NCBI RefSeq assembly: GCF_964355755.1
Contig: NC_092679.1
Coordinates: 7,842,201-7,906,200 of the forward strand
Reading direction: 5' to 3'
Length of the DNA: 64,000 bases
DNA from: Antedon mediterranea
Lineage: Eukaryota > Animalia > Echinodermata
The notes below the pieces were generated by a model. It saw only the letters and a list, made by a program, of their open reading frames with translations. It had not been told where the DNA came from and did not search any database. Shown in pieces: positions 63,488-64,000 of the stretch; the first letter of the stretch is position 1; every line of letters starts with the position of its first letter. A program made the position numbers and the translations under genes.

Positions 63488-64000
63488 AGCATGAATTAAG
63501 GAATAGATACATGGTTCCAGTTAACTATTTTATTAAAAATGTAATAATAGGCTTTCACTGCAAATTTAATTTAATTATTTACTTTATATATAATTATAAT
63601 AATAAACAAATTATGTTGGCGGTGGTGAGTTGTGTTGGAACTTGAACAATGTACTAAATCTAAATCGAATGTCCCTTTCAATAGGTTCACAATCACCAAA
63701 CCTTATAAAATTATAAAATTGTAAAGTTATCTTTAAAACCATTAATGATATGATGATTATTAAAAATTGAAAGAACTTAGTTTGGCTTAACAATCGTTTT
63801 ATAAGACGGTAAATTCTTGATTTTTTTAAAATACTATCGTCAACTGTGAGAGCTGGTTTCATCAAAGAGTCTTTATTTTCACAGTGCGGCGATGTATCAT
63901 CTCTGCAGATGTTCATTTTTGAATCGTTTGTTATGTTATATTCGGATGATTCCGACTTTGTCCGACGGCATAATCCGATACTGTTAACACATGATTGTTT

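Overview
AT-rich, intron-containing animal genomic DNA. The creatine-kinase-type arginine kinase closely resembles the echinoderm enzyme, so the source is probably an echinoderm (inference). Positions 1-8.4 kb hold two foldback-like structures built from related 97-bp and 106-bp satellites; each unit carries inverted CACTGTG...CACAGTG (RSS-heptamer-like) motifs. A compact gene cluster follows: a SUSD4/6-like Sushi/EGF membrane protein (+), TCTE1/DRC5 (-) head-to-head with B3GALNT2 (+), a bHLH+HMG-box MEIOSIN/STRA8-like factor (-) head-to-head with CDKAL1 (+), NPC2 (+), tRNA-Glu(TTC) (-), TSNAX (+) and arginine kinase (-). Introns contain many non-autonomous DNA transposons (Kolobok-, piggyBac-, Ginger- and Harbinger-like), LINE fragments, a Deu-domain SINE and Penelope-type minimal hammerhead ribozymes. 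The window ends with a 5.2-kb TIR element carrying a ~20-bp minisatellite. The most notable observations are the bHLH-HMG meiotic-initiator-like gene with an intact basic region, the RSS-like satellite arrays, TAGGCCTA/CTAG clusters just downstream of most promoters, and the hammerhead motifs. Exon boundaries were read by eye and may be off by a few bases.
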